Of a stretch of 64,000 bases of DNA, positions 37,135 to 45,201 are shown one piece after another. The stretch lies in the NCBI GenBank assembly GCA_963731735.1, contig CAVSWO010000002.1:692257-756256 (forward strand). The letters run 5' to 3'. The notes beneath the pieces are model-generated. The model saw only the letters and a list, made by a program, of their open reading frames with translations, did not search any database and was not told the origin of the DNA. This DNA comes from Candidatus Kerfeldbacteria bacterium (GTDB taxonomy: Bacteria > Patescibacteriota > Patescibacteriia > SBBC01 > CAIJZX01). The position numbers and the translations under genes were made by a program. Numbering within the stretch: the stretch's first letter is position 1; each line of letters begins with the position of its first letter.

Positions 37135-37259
37135 CCACCTGTACCTATACGTAGTATAGCATAGTCGGCCGGAAAAATCAAGTTGGCGAGCAACTTTGGA
37201 CCCGTATGCAATCGACTTGCTTTCTCGGCAAAAACAGGAGACAATAGGTCTTCGAGACT

Positions 37260-38375
37260 ATGAACAAACGTACCCACACCTCGAAACGCCAAGTTGCTAT
37301 GCAAATCGTGATCATGGCGGGAGGCGGCGGCACTCGCTTGTGGCCGGTTTCGCGTTTACGAACTCCGAAACAAAGCCAACCGTTTGGCGATCGAGAGACG
37401 CTGCTGCAAAAAACGTTCAAGCGCCTGCGGACCGGCTGGGCGGCCAGTGATATATTTGTTTCCACGAATACCGAACAGTATCCGATTCTCCATCGCCAAC
37501 TGCCAACCCTGGCAAAACGGCAGTATATTCTTGAGCCTTCTCGACGCGAGACCGCGCCGGCGATTGGATTGGCGGCCGCCTATCTGCATAAAAAAAATCC
37601 TCAGGCCATCATGGTCACGGCCAACTCGGATGCGTACATTCGGGAAGTGCCGGAATATGTGGCGATCCTGCGCGCGGCGGGTCAGGCGGTCGCCCGAACG
37701 CCGGACCAGACCGTCTTGATCGGCATCAAACCACGCTACCCGGATACCGGACTCGGGTATATTAAAATGGATTCCCAGGTTGATAACATCGGCCGCCACG
37801 AAATTTTCCGGGTTGAACGATTCGTCGAGAAACCGAACTTGGCCACCGCCAAGCGGTACGCGGCCAGCTGGCAGTACTTATGGAACCCGGCCATGTTTGT
37901 GTTTCGAGTGGATGCCATGCTCGACAAATTCCGGCGCTGGCTCAATCCTTCCTACCGGCTGCTGATGCAGATGCAGGCAGCCATGGGCACGACCCGGGAA
38001 CAAGCCGTGATTCGGCGGCTGTACCCGAAAATGCAGAAAATTTCGATTGACTACGGAATCATGGAGAAGGACCGAGACATGCGCGTGTTACCGGCCGATC
38101 TGACCTGGGCTGATATTGGGAACTGGCGAGCGGTCTATGATGTTTTATCAAATGACCGAAATACCACGGTACTGCGCGGTAAACATATCCAACGTGATTC
38201 GCATGGAAACTTGATCCATACGGATCATCAGAAGATAGTGGCGACCGCCGGTCTCTCGGACATGATCATTATTGATACACCGGATGCGCTGCTGATTGTG
38301 CCGCGCGACCGGGCCCAAGATGTAAAAATGCTGGTGGCTGAACTTGAAGCCAAGCGCCTGACTGACTATCTCTAA
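37260..38375 (+). CDS. mannose-1-phosphate guanylyltransferase
   Basis: VIMAGGGGTRLWPVSR nucleotide-binding motif plus nucleotidyl-transferase and left-handed beta-helix domains. Alternative start at 37299 (MQIVIMAGG). Confidence 0.85.
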   Translation: MNKRTHTSKRQVAMQIVIMAGGGGTRLWPVSRLRTPKQSQPFGDRETLLQKTFKRLRTGWAASDIFVSTNTEQYPILHRQLPTLAKRQYILEPSRRETAPAIGLAAAYLHKKNPQAIMVTANSDAYIREVPEYVAILRAAGQAVARTPDQTVLIGIKPRYPDTGLGYIKMDSQVDNIGRHEIFRVERFVEKPNLATAKRYAASWQYLWNPAMFVFRVDAMLDKFRRWLNPSYRLLMQMQAAMGTTREQAVIRRLYPKMQKISIDYGIMEKDRDMRVLPADLTWADIGNWRAVYDVLSNDRNTTVLRGKHIQRDSHGNLIHTDHQKIVATAGLSDMIIIDTPDALLIVPRDRAQDVKMLVAELEAKRLTDYL

Positions 38376-38380
38376 CAACC

Positions 38381-39403
38381 ATGCGCATTGTGCAATTTTC
38401 ACTCCTCGGTCTGTTGGTGCTGGTGCTCGGGTTTGGCTGGTGGTATCACGGAGTGGTATCGCACGCGCCGGATCAGGCACCGGCCCGCTCGGTGATTCGA
38501 ATCGCTGAAGGCGACGGGGTGCGCGAAGTTGCCGATAAACTTTACGATGCCAAGCTGATAAGTCAACGCTGGCACTGGAATCTCTATGTGGTGTTAACCG
38601 GCCATCGCTCAGACCTGCTGGCCGGTGAATACGTCTTCACCACCGCGCCGTCGATTCGCACCCTGGTCCGTGAATTTACCACACCACCGGAAGGCCAACC
38701 CGAAGTCAGCGTAAAAATACTTGAAGGCTGGACCGCCAAAGATATGTCGACCGTCTTGGAAAAATCCGGCGTGATCGATGCCAAAGACTTTCTGGCGATG
38801 GTAGATACGCCTGACTATGCCGCCATGATTCCGAAAGCAACCTATCCATGGCTGGCCACCATTCCGCAGGGGGCAAGCTTGGAAGGTTTTCTGTTTCCGG
38901 ATACCTATAAATTCTTTGTCCCGTCCACTCCCGGCCAGGTGGTTGGGAAAATGCTGGCCAACTTCGATCAAAAATATTCCAGTAGCCTGCGTACATCGTT
39001 AACCGATTCCGGTCGCTCACTTTATCAGGCGGTAATTTTAGCTTCGATTGTCGAGCGAGAATTGCAATCCGATAGTGATCGGGCGAAAGGGGCAGATTTG
39101 TTTTTGCGACGGATTGCAGCCGGGATCCCGCTGCAATCAGATGCGACGGTCAATTATGTGACCGGCAAAAGCGCCACTCAACCCACCTTGGATGACTTGG
39201 CCGTCGACTCACCCTATAACACCTATAAGTATCAGGGACTGCCGCCCGGGCCGATCGGAAACCCCGGATTATCGTCCTTACGAGCCGCCATTAACCCCGA
39301 GCCCAACCCGTATTATTACTTCTTGCATGACCCCCAGGGCGTCACGCATTTCTCCAAAACCCTGGAGGAACATAATGCCAATAAAGCCAAGTATTTGCCG
39401 TAG
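38381..39403 (+). CDS. mltG: endolytic murein transglycosylase (YceG-like)
   Basis: N-terminal TM helix, YceG domain with catalytic-region pattern ..LQSDATVNY.. and ..PYNTYKYQGLPPGPI... Confidence 0.85.
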   Translation: MRIVQFSLLGLLVLVLGFGWWYHGVVSHAPDQAPARSVIRIAEGDGVREVADKLYDAKLISQRWHWNLYVVLTGHRSDLLAGEYVFTTAPSIRTLVREFTTPPEGQPEVSVKILEGWTAKDMSTVLEKSGVIDAKDFLAMVDTPDYAAMIPKATYPWLATIPQGASLEGFLFPDTYKFFVPSTPGQVVGKMLANFDQKYSSSLRTSLTDSGRSLYQAVILASIVERELQSDSDRAKGADLFLRRIAAGIPLQSDATVNYVTGKSATQPTLDDLAVDSPYNTYKYQGLPPGPIGNPGLSSLRAAINPEPNPYYYFLHDPQGVTHFSKTLEEHNANKAKYLP

Positions 39404-39405
39404 CC

Positions 39406-39434
39406 TTGACAGGCACCGGGGTATCAGCTAAACT
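39406..39434 (+). promoter_or_regulatory. candidate promoter for rplJ-rplL (TTGACA-N17-TAAACT)
   Basis: Hexamers read directly; 118 nt upstream of rplJ. Confidence 0.4.
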
Positions 39435-39520
39435 CCCAACGCTTCCAAAGACCACTGGTGTCCCACAGACAAGGGACGTAAATCCAGTGCAGGAAATAAC
39501 CCCAGCTCGGGGTATTCTGC

Positions 39521-39546
39521 CTACGGAAGCACCGTAGATTTTTTAC
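39521..39546 (+). promoter_or_regulatory. rplJ leader attenuator-like hairpin (ctacgg-aagca-ccgtag) followed by attttttac, ending 7 nt before the rplJ ATG
   Basis: Read directly. L10(L12)4-mediated leader attenuation is known in other bacteria. Confidence 0.4.
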
Positions 39547-39552
39547 GCGTAT

Positions 39553-40080
39553 ATGGCTAAGACTCGACAACAAAAAGAGGATAGCGTTCAGCAACTGGTT
39601 GATCGCTTAGGGCGAATGAAATCGGTGGTTTTCACCAGTTTCTCCGGTCTGACCGTGGCGGATGCAACCATGCTGCGCAAGTCTTTGCGTGACAGTCAGA
39701 TTGATTACGTCGTGACCAAGAAATCACTCCTCCGTCGCGGTTTGAAAGATCTGCAACTTGATCCGGCCATTGCCGATTCATTTGCAGGGGCGGCGGCGCT
39801 GGCATTCGGTTACGAAGACGAAGTCATGCCGGCCAAATTATTGGCCAAATTCGCCAAGTCAAACGAAGCAGTTTCGTTACTGGGGGGAATCGTCAACGGT
39901 ACCTATCTTGATCAAAAACAGATTGTCGCTTTGGCGGCCTTACCGGGCAAAGAAGAAATGATTGCCAAGACCGTCTGGACGATCAAAGCGCCGCTGACTG
40001 GTTTCGTGAACGTCCTGGCTGGTAATCTCCGCGGATTGGTAACTGTGCTGCAGGCCATCCGTGACGCCAAACCCGCATAA
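39553..40080 (+). CDS. rplJ: 50S ribosomal protein L10
   Basis: MAKTRQQKEDSVQQLVDRL...VVFTSFSGLTVADATMLRKSLR is L10. Confidence 0.9.
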   Translation: MAKTRQQKEDSVQQLVDRLGRMKSVVFTSFSGLTVADATMLRKSLRDSQIDYVVTKKSLLRRGLKDLQLDPAIADSFAGAAALAFGYEDEVMPAKLLAKFAKSNEAVSLLGGIVNGTYLDQKQIVALAALPGKEEMIAKTVWTIKAPLTGFVNVLAGNLRGLVTVLQAIRDAKPA

Positions 40081-40114
40081 ATTTATATTTCACTAAGTAA
40101 CAAGGGTAATTCCT

Positions 40115-40528
40115 ATGTCCGAAGAACAGAAGCAGCCCGTCGAGGTGCCAGAGAAGTTCAAGGCCCTGGTCGAGCAAATTGAAAAGTTGTCAGTCCTGGA
40201 TTTGGCGGAACTCGTCAAAGTACTGGAAGACAAATTCGGTGTCAGCGCCGCTGCACCGATGATGGTTGCCGCGGGTGGCGCCGCCGCCGGTGGCGAAGCT
40301 GGTGCGGCGGAAGAACAAACCGCCTTTAATGTCGAGCTGGCTGCCGCCGGATCGAATAAAATCGCGGTCATCAAAGTCGTTCGCGAAGCGACCGGCAAAG
40401 GCTTGAAAGAAGCCAAAGATATGGTGGACGGAGCGCCTAAAGTGATTAAAGAAGGCGCCACCAAAGAAGAGGCCGAGGCTTTAAAGAAGCAGCTGGAAGA
40501 AGCCGGCGCTCAAGTCAACCTCAAGTAA
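40115..40528 (+). CDS. rplL: 50S ribosomal protein L7/L12
   Basis: Ala-rich hinge and C-terminal domain ..[46 protein letters not shown]. Confidence 0.95.
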   Translation: MSEEQKQPVEVPEKFKALVEQIEKLSVLDLAELVKVLEDKFGVSAAAPMMVAAGGAAAGGEAGAAEEQTAFNVELAAAGSNKIAVIKVVREATGKGLKEAKDMVDGAPKVIKEGATKEEAEALKKQLEEAGAQVNLK

Positions 40529-40542
40529 ATTACGTCAAATCA

Positions 40543-40568
40543 GCCGCCGCCCATTCGGGCGGCGGTTT
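40543..40568. terminator. intrinsic terminator (gccgccgccc-attc-gggcggcggt + tttcgg) after rplL, also closing the convergent minus-strand gene
   Basis: 9-10 bp GC stem read directly. Confidence 0.6.
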
Positions 40569-40571
40569 CGG

Positions 40572-42791
40572 TTACGGTAAGCTGACTGAATAGAGACTGG
40601 TACCGGCCAAAACGTAGGCGGTCTTGTTTGCCTCGTCAACGGAAAAGTCTCGTAGGGTGGTCCAGGTGGGCGACTGAAATTGGGCGAGTAATTTGCCTTC
40701 CTTCGTAAAGACCAGCAGCCGTTGGGAAGCCGGTTCAAGCACATACAGATACGTACTATTTTCATCGGTCCAAAGTTTGGTTGGTTGAGTCAGTGCCGGA
40801 TCAACCGTATCCAGGGCGAAGGTGGCCGGCCGCCCACCAAATAATTTTTCAATCCGACCGTCACGGTGCAGTACATAAATTGATCCATCGACGGCCAAAT
40901 CAATACCGTCACGAAGATCAAGGCTGACGGTTTGCCAATTGCTGCCGGCCCCCAAGCTGGTAGCACTGCGGCTAAAACGCAGGATCGATTGATTGGCCGT
41001 GTCCAAGGCATACAGACGGGATTGGAAATTCGCAATCGCGACTAGCGTGGGATTTTGCTTCGGCAATTGGGCATCCAACGGCGTCCAGGTTTTCTTGGCT
41101 GGGTTGAATGCGACAACGGTATCGCGTTCCGTCAGAAATAAAATGTCTTGTCCGGAAACAGTCCCGGCCACCAACGCTCCGGTATCGAGTGAATTAGTAC
41201 TGGAGGTGGTATCACTGGGCGTAGTGGCGCTAGCAATCACCGCGGTTGCTCGCCGGTCATCGACCACGATAAATTTACCATTGAGGAAAAACGTTTCGGT
41301 GGGGCTAAGCTCAGGATATTCAGCGGCAATATTCAGGACTGGACTCGGATCAGTCAGAGTCGTCAACTTGGTGAGCTGCTGGGTAACTTTGGCCAGGTGA
41401 GCGGCCAAGGGTTTACGGGTAGCCTTATCTTGTTTGGTCCGGTCAGGGAGTTGATCAAATAATTTTTGGGCGGCCGCCAGATGTTGCTTGGCCAGATCAT
41501 CCCCGCCGAAAAGCAAGGCCGCATCGGCTTGCCCTAAGCGCTCTTCGATTTGTGCCACCGTGGCTTCGACGTTAGCGGTTTGCTGGCTTGGCAGCAAACC
41601 GCCCGTCCGCGCGAGGGAAGTGCTGAAAAATAGTACCACCGCCAGCATGCCGATCACGCTCCAGCGCTGCGAAGGCGCTAGTCGTCGAAACCAGCGAACC
41701 AGCGAATCCAAAGCGGCGCTTATCCCAAAGCGACGTGGGGCACGAAGAGACGGTGCAGAAATCTGCAGCGATTGTGGCTTTGGCATCGGGAAGGCTTGCC
41801 GCATGCGTTGCCAGGCGTTGGTCAAACGGCCGGTACCGGTTCCCGCTGACGGTCGGGCGGCTGGTTGCGGGGCCAACGGTTGATCAGGAATCGAACGGCG
41901 TGGTGGTCGGCGGGAGGCTTGACGGACAAGACTGGACAGGCGTAGTTTCAGTCGCGAGCCGAACTGATGGATGGAGGGCCAGACCGAGGGTGATAATATA
42001 CTTTCGGTCCGTTGTTCCTGACTCCGGAGTTGATCCATCGACAATTGCGGTGAGATTCGATTGGACGGCAGGGTCGAAGTCGGCAGTGGATGCGACGCTG
42101 CCACCGGATCTTCCTCCGGCATCAACTGCATCAGGAGGGCCGCGAAAGCCACCCGAGCTTCGGTGCCGAGCAGCGTGGTTTCTAATTCGCGGGCGGCTTG
42201 GGCTGGCGGGTAATCAAGCACCGTCCGCCGTAACTTTTCCATCGAGAAATAGTCGAGCAATGCCGGGGTACAAAAAAGTAGCCGATCACCAGCCTCAAGG
42301 CGTCCGCTAATCACTTGATCAAATAACCGGAGCGGGTTGGCTTTCTGACCGGATGGTTGCCCGAGGATGTCGTGGAGCCGTTCGCGCCGAACAAGAAATC
42401 CATGCATCGTACCCAGGCAAGAAAGATACAGCTGCTCTCGCCATTGGACTCCAATCACCATGTGGGCGTGGTCCACCCACTGGCCAACTCCCTGTAATAT
42501 CAATTGATGCAAGCGTTGATTGGTGCGTTGGAGCGCCACTTCAAAAGTGGCCTCAACATTTTCATCATGGCCTTGATAGTATTGATGCTTCAATTCCTCC
42601 TGGAGCACATTCAGCACCTCGTGATTGCTGCGACTTTTGGTATCAATCCCGCTGACCAAAAAAAGTGTTCCCAGCTGTTGTTCTTCGCTGGGGGTTGGGT
42701 GCGCAACCCAAACGTTGACGGTCGAGGCGGACCGATCAGGGTCATAGACAATCAGGGAGTCGAGCTGGTGCTTAAGAGTCATCGTAGGCAA
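40572..42791 (-). CDS. membrane protein: N-terminal degenerate PP2C/SpoIIE-like domain, Pro-rich linker, one TM helix, C-terminal beta-propeller-like repeat domain
   Basis: N-terminal region follows the PPM fold pattern (..MVIGVQW...G..H..LV.....D...........L...GDRLLFCTPALL..) but lacks the metal-binding DG motifs. The C-terminus has repeated YALD/YVLH/YVLE beta-strand motifs. Confidence 0.35.
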   Translation of the reverse strand: MPTMTLKHQLDSLIVYDPDRSASTVNVWVAHPTPSEEQQLGTLFLVSGIDTKSRSNHEVLNVLQEELKHQYYQGHDENVEATFEVALQRTNQRLHQLILQGVGQWVDHAHMVIGVQWREQLYLSCLGTMHGFLVRRERLHDILGQPSGQKANPLRLFDQVISGRLEAGDRLLFCTPALLDYFSMEKLRRTVLDYPPAQAARELETTLLGTEARVAFAALLMQLMPEEDPVAASHPLPTSTLPSNRISPQLSMDQLRSQEQRTESILSPSVWPSIHQFGSRLKLRLSSLVRQASRRPPRRSIPDQPLAPQPAARPSAGTGTGRLTNAWQRMRQAFPMPKPQSLQISAPSLRAPRRFGISAALDSLVRWFRRLAPSQRWSVIGMLAVVLFFSTSLARTGGLLPSQQTANVEATVAQIEERLGQADAALLFGGDDLAKQHLAAAQKLFDQLPDRTKQDKATRKPLAAHLAKVTQQLTKLTTLTDPSPVLNIAAEYPELSPTETFFLNGKFIVVDDRRATAVIASATTPSDTTSSTNSLDTGALVAGTVSGQDILFLTERDTVVAFNPAKKTWTPLDAQLPKQNPTLVAIANFQSRLYALDTANQSILRFSRSATSLGAGSNWQTVSLDLRDGIDLAVDGSIYVLHRDGRIEKLFGGRPATFALDTVDPALTQPTKLWTDENSTYLYVLEPASQRLLVFTKEGKLLAQFQSPTWTTLRDFSVDEANKTAYVLAGTSLYSVSLP

Positions 42792-42819
42792 AAACAGACC
42801 TTTTTAGTATACTAGAAAA

Positions 42820-43410
42820 ATGGCTCCCTCGCGACAGATGCTTGAACAACTGCTTGGATCCCGGACTCGGGCCAAAGTTTTGCGGCTTTTATTGACCAAT
42901 CCGGACAAGGAGTACTTTGTCCGTGAAATTAGCCGTAAAATAAAGGAACATATGAACTCGGTCCGGCGCGAGCTCCAATTTTTGTCGGGCGTCGGGATCA
43001 TCGTAGCCGAAGGCGAAGGACAAAAACGCTATTATACGGTTGATGTCGAATATCCATTATTTCCAGAGCTCAAGGCCCTGGTCTTCAAAGCGCAAGTGAT
43101 GGAGCAACAGAAACTCTTACAGGCTATCCAAACTAGCGGACGAATTTATTTGTTGGTACTGACCGGATTTTTCGTTGGTCTGCCGGAAATAAAAACGGAC
43201 ATCTTGGTGGTTGGATCGGTCAACCGCAATCGTTTAGATCGACTGATCCATACCTTTCAACAGCATTTTGATCGAGACATCCACTATACCATCATGTCGC
43301 GCGCCGAATTTGATTATCGACATAACCTGACAGACCGTTTTCTGTATCACATTCTGTCGCAACCGATGATTACGGTGATCGATAAACGCAAACCGCCGGC
43401 CGCCACGTGA
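42820..43410 (+). CDS. winged-helix DNA-binding protein with C-terminal nucleotidyltransferase-like region (tentative)
   Basis: N-terminal wHTH pattern (LLGSRTRAKVLRLL..EYFVREISRKI...SVRRELQFLSGVGII). Divergent from the PP2C-like membrane protein gene. Confidence 0.35.
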   Translation: MAPSRQMLEQLLGSRTRAKVLRLLLTNPDKEYFVREISRKIKEHMNSVRRELQFLSGVGIIVAEGEGQKRYYTVDVEYPLFPELKALVFKAQVMEQQKLLQAIQTSGRIYLLVLTGFFVGLPEIKTDILVVGSVNRNRLDRLIHTFQQHFDRDIHYTIMSRAEFDYRHNLTDRFLYHILSQPMITVIDKRKPPAAT

Positions 43411-43811
43411 AGGTAATACTCCAGACTAATCTCCCTGGTCAATTACTCATTTGGGTAGCTGACCATAAGAATCAACGGCAAGTATTCGTCCGCCAAAGAG
43501 TCCGGTATCACGGTTCTGAAATATTACTTTCACTTGTTGATCGCGCACTCAAACAAGCCAAGGTGCAATTATCCAGCCTGCAGGCGATCGCGGTGGTCCG
43601 CGGACCAGGCGGGTTTACCGCTGTGCGAACTGGCATCGTGGTAGCGAACACTCTGGCCTACGCCTTACGGGTGCCGGTGCTTGGGATAGTTCGAAAACGG
43701 ATGTTGGAACCAGTTGATTTCCCGCGCCTGAGATGGACAGTCTCCTCCGCCTCCGTTAAACCGTATTACGGTCGGGCCCCGAATATTTCGAAACCCAAGC
43801 GGCAGCTTTAG
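43407..43811 (+). CDS. tsaB: TsaB-like N-terminal domain protein (t6A biosynthesis, short form)
   Basis: ..LQAIAVVRGPGGFTAVRTGIVVANTLAYALRVPVLGI.. matches the TsaB/YeaZ dimerisation-subunit core. Only 134 aa. Confidence 0.55.
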   Translation: MKVILQTNLPGQLLIWVADHKNQRQVFVRQRVRYHGSEILLSLVDRALKQAKVQLSSLQAIAVVRGPGGFTAVRTGIVVANTLAYALRVPVLGIVRKRMLEPVDFPRLRWTVSSASVKPYYGRAPNISKPKRQL

Positions 43812-44317
43812 GCGAGGGCTTGCCGTCGTGGCTCAACCGCACGCGGGTCAAGACCGCGAGCGAATTGCTGCAAAATTAATCCGGAAACTCCAAACCATTC
43901 TTTTAGGGTTTGGCCGGATAGTTGGCGGAAGGCCGCAAAGGTTGTGACCCCATGACGAGAAAGAAAACGAGTCGTTCGTTGTCCTAAGCCTGGCAGTAGC
44001 TGAATTGGCAGTTGGGCCAAAAAGGCGTCGGCTGATTCGGGAGTTACGATAGTGCAATGCGGAACGCCCCGATATAGCGCGGCAGCCCGAGCGGTGGTTT
44101 TTTGTCCGGCGGCGCCAAAGCGAATACGAGTGCCGAACGTACCCCGCAAAGCTTGATACAGATCACGGGCACCGCGGGAACGCATCCAGGGCTCAAGTTG
44201 CAGATAGGCACTGCGCGGTGAATCAACCTCCCAAGCGAAAACGCCTTGCAGCTTTAAAAATATATCCAACTTATCTGTCAAAATATGCGGACGGGGGAGT
44301 TGCAGGTAAGCGATCAT
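43808..44317 (-). pseudogene. DinB (DNA polymerase IV)-like fragment covering only the central part (end of palm plus HhH thumb); N-terminal catalytic region and C-terminal little finger absent
   Basis: LPIQLLPGLGQRTTRFLSRHGVTTFAAFRQL is the DinB HhH. The aligned catalytic DE (SLDEAYLD) reads SPRSAYLQ. Only 80 nt separate this ORF from lexA, so no upstream coding space exists. Confidence 0.5.
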
Positions 44318-44397
44318 ACGGGCGATAGGTTAGTTAGTTGAATGTGATAGAGAAATTACGAAGCCGAAGAAATACCGAAGTTGGGCAGCAAAATTTT

Positions 44398-45021
44398 TTA
44401 CGCGTACTGACGAATAACACCCAGGACCTTCCCTTGGATGACCACGCTTTTTACATCAAAGGGTTGGTAATTCTTATTGGCCGGTTGGAGACGGATAAAG
44501 TTTCGTTTTTTGAACATCTTTTTGAGGGTCGCGGTACCGTCATCAAGCAACGCTACAATCGTATCTCCATCTCGCGCGAAATCAGTTTTTTCGACAACCA
44601 CATAATCCCCGTCGGCAATAAAACTTTCGATCATGGAATCTCCGCGGACCTTGAGGACATACGCATTCTTACCGCGAACTAATTCTTCCGGAACGGCCAT
44701 GGTTTGATCTTTTTGTTCCAAAGCTTCAATTGGCGCGCCGGCCGCGATTGCCCCGACCACCGGCAGGGCCACGCTTCGGGCCAGCGCCGCACCCATTTGC
44801 TGCAGCTTACTGGTTAGGACAATGCCGCGTTCTTCACCCTCACTTCGTTCGATAAATCCACGCTCTTCAAGAAACTGCAAATGCTCATGCACTGTAGACA
44901 GGGCTGAGACCTTTAAATACTTCGCAATTTCGGTTAAGGTCGGCGCGTACCCGTGCTCGGCAATGTAGTCTTTAAGAAATTGCAGGACCTTTTGCTTTGT
45001 TTTGGGAAGAATGTGGGCCAT
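44398..45021 (-). CDS. lexA: LexA repressor
   Basis: N-terminal wHTH (YAPTLTEIAKYLKVSALSTVHEHLQFLEERGFI), Ala-Gly cleavage site, S24 peptidase Ser/Lys dyad (VRGDSM...GDYVVVEKT...K). Confidence 0.9.
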   Translation of the reverse strand: MAHILPKTKQKVLQFLKDYIAEHGYAPTLTEIAKYLKVSALSTVHEHLQFLEERGFIERSEGEERGIVLTSKLQQMGAALARSVALPVVGAIAAGAPIEALEQKDQTMAVPEELVRGKNAYVLKVRGDSMIESFIADGDYVVVEKTDFARDGDTIVALLDDGTATLKKMFKKRNFIRLQPANKNYQPFDVKSVVIQGKVLGVIRQYA

Positions 45022-45201
45022 AGATGTTGCTTGACGGCGGGCGAGGGGAGAGGGTTACGGGAGTTGCCTCATCCGATTGCCGAGTCCGCTCACCCGCCGG
45101 GTGTTCATGCACAAGCATCGTATACCGAATAAAAACCGAAGTCAAGAATACTTATCCACAAGGCCGGACAAACGGCCTGGCGAATGCATTGTTCGTAAAC
45201 C

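Noticed and set aside
44338-44682. Plus-strand 114-aa ORF
   Set aside because: Antisense to lexA, which has clear homology.
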